A stretch of 64,000 nucleotides of DNA from NCBI GenBank assembly GCA_012295275.1, contig CM022669.1:2976001-3040000 (forward strand), read 5' to 3'. Position numbers and translations under genes: made by a program. This DNA comes from Chrysomallon squamiferum. Lineage: Eukaryota > Animalia > Mollusca. Every line of letters begins with the position of its first letter. The stretch's first letter is position 1. The notes under the pieces were generated by a model. It searched no databases. It was not told the origin of the DNA and saw only the letters and a list, made by a program, of their open reading frames with translations. Shown one piece after another: positions 42,692-64,000 of the stretch.

Positions 42692-43254
42692 TAATGAAAA
42701 TGAAACAAAATCTTATTTTGTTTTCATCTTTTTATTATTATTTTTATCACACACACATACACACACATATAATAAAATGATGAAAATAAAACAAGAATTT
42801 GTTTCATTTTCGTTATTTTATTTTTATTTGTTCTCGTTTGAACATTTTATGTATATTTTAAACCAAGCTAATTTTATTTATTTTATTATTTTATTTATTT
42901 ATATTAAGATTTTTAACTTTCTGCTCCATAACCACTGAAAGCAATTTAGAAAAAAAAAAAAAAAAAAAAGAAATGAAAGAAAAAAAAATGGAAGTAAAGA
43001 TTTATTATCGCCGACTGTTCATGACGTCATAAGAGTGGCGGACTCTCTTGGCCCGCGTAGGTTTGTGTGGTGACACTCCCCAGCTCTCAAATATAGCTAA
43101 ATAGTCTAATTTAGTTTTAAGGATTGGGGGAGGGTAAAATCAGTTTTTAACATTACTTTTTCATAACAGGATCGTTAAAAACGACCCGCTAAAATGATTC
43201 TTTTGAAATAATTATTTATTACTCGAAACCAAAACTAAAAAAAAAAAGAAAAAG

Positions 43255-43306
<52 letters not shown>

Positions 43307-43425
43307 GAAGGATTCCTTTCTGAAACTCTTGTTCTTAACCCATCCCCTATAATGTGATACTATTATATTAACATGGAAATTGCCAGTATCCAGCAGGTAC
43401 TTGTTTTAAAATATTTGAATTAATT

Positions 43426-43467
<42 letters not shown>

Positions 43468-44371
43468 ACTTAGAAAAAAAAAACATTTGCTTAAAACAAA
43501 GGCTAAAATGCGTCTTTGTTTTTCCTCAGAGCTTTTCAGTAAATTGTTAGGAAAATGTCAATTATGTTGTTATCGCGCTCTCACGTCAGCAGTTACTTAC
43601 TTAAGTAGCTTTTAGCATATTTATCCCTCCCGCCACTTAAAACGCATATTACAGACCGCTTGTAAAAAATATGCAACAGATTTTCACGATAAAATGAACA
43701 AAGGGTAAACTAGTACATGATATACAAACATGCTTCTTCTTCTTCTTCTTCTTCTTTTTCTTCTTCTTCTTATTATTATTGCTGTTGTTCTTATTGTTAT
43801 TGTTATTGTTGTTGTTGTTATTATTATTAGTAGTAGTAGTATGTAACTGCGTGTATGTTTGTATCTGTCTGTCTGTATGTATGTTTGTCAGTACGTAAGT
43901 ATGTTCATACATACATATTCATTTTTCTATTCATTATACTATATATATTTTTTATTAGATATGTATCTTCGTTATCATTTTAAATAATCCATGACGTCAT
44001 TAACTAGAGTAATCTATCAATCGTCGGGTGATTTTATCTGAATCCTGTTTGACATAATAAATTCTATTAATAGCACGCTATTAATAGAAAGCTTCAAATT
44101 TTGAAATTTCCTGATGAGAAATCGTATTGTCCTTTTGAAAGCTATGAATAAAGAGTATCGTAAAAGTAGGTGTCTCGCTGGCTCCACGCTTATCCGTGCA
44201 GACTCCCCCACACCCTTACCACTGTGTGTATAAATAGATCACATATCCTGATTTATGACAATGAACTAATTAATGTTTTAAACGACCGACTGACCATACT
44301 GAATGAAACACCTATGTCATCTGACCTATGTAAAGTTACTGTAATTAATATATATGTATGCCTTTATGTGA

Positions 44372-44402
<31 letters not shown>

Positions 44403-44723
44403 TGTATGTATGCATGGATGGATGGATGGATGTATGGATGGGTGGATGGATGGATGGATGGTTGTTTACCTGTATAAGTGTATATATGTATATGCGTGTG
44501 TGTATGAATGTATGTATATGTTAGTTATGTATGAATGAATAAATGTTTGTGTGTGCATGTATGAATGTATTTGTGTATGTATGAATGTAATGGGTGGATG
44601 GGTGGATGGATGGATGTTTGTAGGGATGTATGGTGTGGATAAATACTTATATGTATGTACGTACGTACGTATCCCATGTGTGTGTGCATTAATATGTATA
44701 TGTGTACATGCATTTGTTTGTGA

Positions 44724-44754
<31 letters not shown>

Positions 44755-45210
44755 CACACACATATGCATGCAAGTAACACGCTATATTTGTAATCCGGAA
44801 GTCCTAAGATAATCTAAAAATTAAAAATAAAACTTGGAGACAGTTAATAAAACATGGCTAAGTTTGGTTATCATATTTTATTTTGTGTTTAATTTGTCTG
44901 TGAAGTGGCGGTGTTAGACAAGGGAGTGACTGGTAGTTGTAAATTTTAATATCTCCTGGGTTCTAACCTACCTTGATGAACTCTCGTTAAATTTCGTCAA
45001 TAGTCCAATAAAACATTAGGGAGACGTCATTCGGTCCTTGAATGTCGCTAAATCACTTGTAAAATATTTATAATTGCACTATGATTATATAATCAGTTGT
45101 ATTTATGTTTCTTTTTCGTTTTATTCAGTGCGAAGAAATTGAAATAAATATGAGGAGTCTGTTTCTTTCGAAAATTTGTTCAACTTAAAAATCTATATAT
45201 TTTATTTGTA

Positions 45211-45263
<53 letters not shown>

Positions 45264-46784
45264 TATTACTACTACTACTACTACTACTATTAGAAGTTTA
45301 AAAGTAGTAGTAGCAGTCTTAGTGATAGTAGTGGTGGTAGAAATAGAAGTAGTAATAGTAGAACTAGTGGTCCCAGTAGCAGTAGTATATTATTATTATG
45401 ATTATTATTATATTATTATCATCATCATTATCATCATCATCATCATCATCAACATCTTCAGTAATCGTTGAAGTAATGGTACTTTTTACCTTTTTATTAT
45501 ATGATTTCTTTTTTTAATTTTAATTTTTTTTTTAAATCATTTTCTGACATATTCACAACTGTTTAATTGACAAAGTTTTGTTTTTATTTCATTTTACAAA
45601 CTGTCCTTGGGGTTTCTTTCCAGATAATTTTTCCCCCCCGTCCTCAAGCTTTTCAAATCGTCACTTCTCTTTGTCAATGTTTTCTCTATGACTTCAAACA
45701 CATTAAAAAACAAGGTATCGTGTTCTTACACCAAAACAACTGACTCTGAAATCGGAGTGAAGATATGATACCGAGATCTTCGTTTTAAAAGGCCTGTGCT
45801 TAAATTACTGCACTATGAAGGCTAATGAATAGAGGCATATTTATCTAGTTAGGAAAGACGTTATGGATATATCTCAAGTGTAGAAACAGAGCTTGACAGC
45901 TATGTCAGGTCCGTGTCGGAAACAATATTCAACGAACAAGCATTTCATTTATCACTTACTCCAAAGCGTCGGTTCTGTTGAAAGTTTTCATGTTCAGGAG
46001 TACTCGTGTGTGTGTTGCGTAAGAAGAATAGCATAGTTTAAATTCCTAGAAAATCAAAAACAACAACAACAACAAAATATACTTTAAAATACTTTAGACC
46101 CGTCATTACAATTTAAAAAAAAAAGAAAAGAAATGAAAAGACAGCCCTTAAAAAAAAACAGACATGAAAAAAAAAATATTTTCAACAATTACTTCATACT
46201 CAATATGTTTTTATTAATTAAAGTCTCCAGCTGTCAAGTTTTTTTTTCTTTTCTCGTTTACACAACGTATTCTAATCATGGTGAGATTCTGAAATAAAAA
46301 AAAAAAAAAAAAATAAAAAAAAAAATAAAACCAGAAATTAGCACGATTTTTTACAAAGTGCAAATAAAGTATCCACCATACATAATACCGCAAATCCTTC
46401 AACAGAGGGCTGGTCTTAACACATGCTAGTCTGTTGTTATAAGAAACCAGGCTTCAGAAATAGAAAACAAAAGCCTTAAGAGCAGGCTTTGATAGAATAC
46501 ATCATTTATCGTGAAAAACACGATTTCATTCTGAAAAAAAGAATACCTCACCTGTCATCTCTGATACTCAGTAATTATTAAAAAAAAGAGAAAGAAAGAA
46601 AAAGAAATAAATCAAGTTGAATAATGCAAAACAGGTATATTTTTCTTGCAGTAGTTGTTCCCTTTTCTGAAGCGCGTCAAACTATTAATAGAAGGCGTAT
46701 TTTATAAACAATAAAGATTTGTTCTTTTAGCTAAATTCCTGTCAGAATTGTTAATAACTATAGAAGATGAATGTTATATACCAA

Positions 46785-47180
46785 AACATTTGTTCTGTCA
46801 AATAAATACGCTTCAGAAATAGCTTCATTTCTTTGTTCAAGATGCAGGCAGTCAGTCCTTTGTAAGAAGTTTTTCGGGTTTTGGAATGTAAAGAGATAAA
46901 GCGACTAAGGAGCTAAGTCTAAATACAAATTCCCTTTATATTTCACTTACAGCTTACATCAACAATCGTCACGGTTTTATATACAATAAGATTTGTTCTG
47001 TCAAATGAGTACGCTTCAAAAATAGCTTCTTTGTTCAAGATGCAGACTGTCAGTTTTTATACGAAATGTTTCGGGTTTTGAAATATAAACAGTTAACGTG
47101 TGGAAGGATAAGTCTAAATACAAATTCCCTTTATGTTTCATATACAGCTTACGTCAAACAGTCGTCAAGATTTTTTATTT
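46785..47180. repeat. ~203-bp diverged tandem duplication
   Basis: TTTGTTCTGTCAAAT..TACGCTTCA.AAATAGCTTC...TTTGTTCAAGATGCAG...TAAGTCTAAATACAAATTCCCTTTAT starts at ~46789 and ~46992. Confidence 0.85.
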
Positions 47181-47684
47181 GACATTTTGTAATAACTGTG
47201 TGCATAAAATAAAGGGTTTTTTAAAATGCAAAACACTCCGAAAATTTCGCAATTTCGAACAAAGAATCCTCTTCCTGGTATGTCATAAAAACAAAATTCT
47301 GTCCAGTCATAGTGTAGACGTATTTGTCACTTCTTATTTTCTATTTTTGTTTCCTTGCATTAAAATATTTTAAATTATGGATGAAGTAATGGTTTGAGAT
47401 AGAAATGTTTAAAATAGACTTTCATGGGATAGTTTCTTCACAGCGTTTTGAAGCTGAATTGACGAAAATAAAATAAAATTTTAATTAAACGTGACGGTAA
47501 ATATTTATTTATTTATTCTCCTCAGTATTTCATAACGATGGTAAATTACGTTTAATTGATAGTAAATTTAAATCTGTTGGAAATAGGTGTTTTAAAATTA
47601 AACTTTAAAAAAAATATATTAAACTTATTAAATTTAATTATTATTATTATTATTAATTATTATTATTATTATTATAATTATTAC

Positions 47685-47766
<82 letters not shown>

Positions 47767-48114
47767 GGTGGTAGTAGTAGTAGTATTGAGGTTGTTAATA
47801 CTGGTTTTACGTTATATATATATCTGATAGATCTTATCGATAATAAAATATAATGGTACTTACTGATATAAAAATGTGATGGTAAAAAAACAACCCACGA
47901 ATTTATTGATATTAAATGAAAAAAAAAGAAGAACAAATATATATTACTAAAACATGATGGTAAAATATGTATCTTTTTACACAGAAAATTCTTCGGCAGT
48001 TTCTGAACATTATCGTGTGTAATATTCTCTTTGTAACAGGACAAACGACATTAAGCTGTGTGGAGATTACATTAGAGACTGAGTACTTCTGCCTGACTGA
48101 GAAGATTCGTGAAA

Positions 48115-63680
<15,566 letters not shown>

Positions 63681-63819
63681 GTAAGTTCATCTTTTTAATT
63701 TATAATATTTAGTGTCGCAATAAATAGTTTTTTTTGTAACAAATTACGTAATGAATTTCTAAGTTAATGTGTAGTTTTAGACACACAGATAAACTGAGAG
63801 TTGGATAGAGTGATAGTTA

Positions 63820-64000
63820 GGTAGATAGATAGATAGACAGACAGATATATAGATAGACAGACAGACAGATAGATATAAGGATGGATAGATAGAGAGATAG
63901 ATAGATGGACAGATATATAGATAGATATATATATAGATAGATAGATAAATAGATAGATAGATAGATTAGATAAATTACATGGGTAGATTAGATGGATGGA
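63820..64000. repeat. (GATA)/(GACA)-type microsatellite, intronic
   Basis: Direct observation. Confidence 0.9.

Noticed and set aside
44170-44793. Several overlapping 80-120 aa ORFs
   Set aside because: They derive from TATG/GGAT/TG microsatellites.

Overview
AT-rich, microsatellite-dense animal genomic DNA with spliceosomal introns. The myosin-head/chitin-synthase fusion points to a mollusc or other lophotrochozoan (inference). Contents in order: a 2.4-2.54 kb tandem triplication (1782-9260); a decayed Mutator-like (FLYWCH + MULE transposase) element (10152-11550); a 9-coding-exon, apparently secreted four-Ig-domain lachesin/DIP/amalgam-like gene (minus, 13226-17959); an intact NAA35/MAK10 gene with 19 coding exons (minus, 22320-32625); a degenerate ~1.55 kb tandem repeat (34290-37555) holding inverted copies of part of the first array; and the 5' portion of a myosin-chitin synthase (plus, 48115 to beyond the window end). 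The most unusual signals are a reading-frame break exactly at the myosin-to-chitin-synthase linker with possible rescue routes, and an intronic minisatellite that multiplies a TTTCAG|GTA splice junction. Exon models were read by eye, and an assembly error cannot be excluded for either frame break. Most ORFs in the supplied track are microsatellite artefacts.
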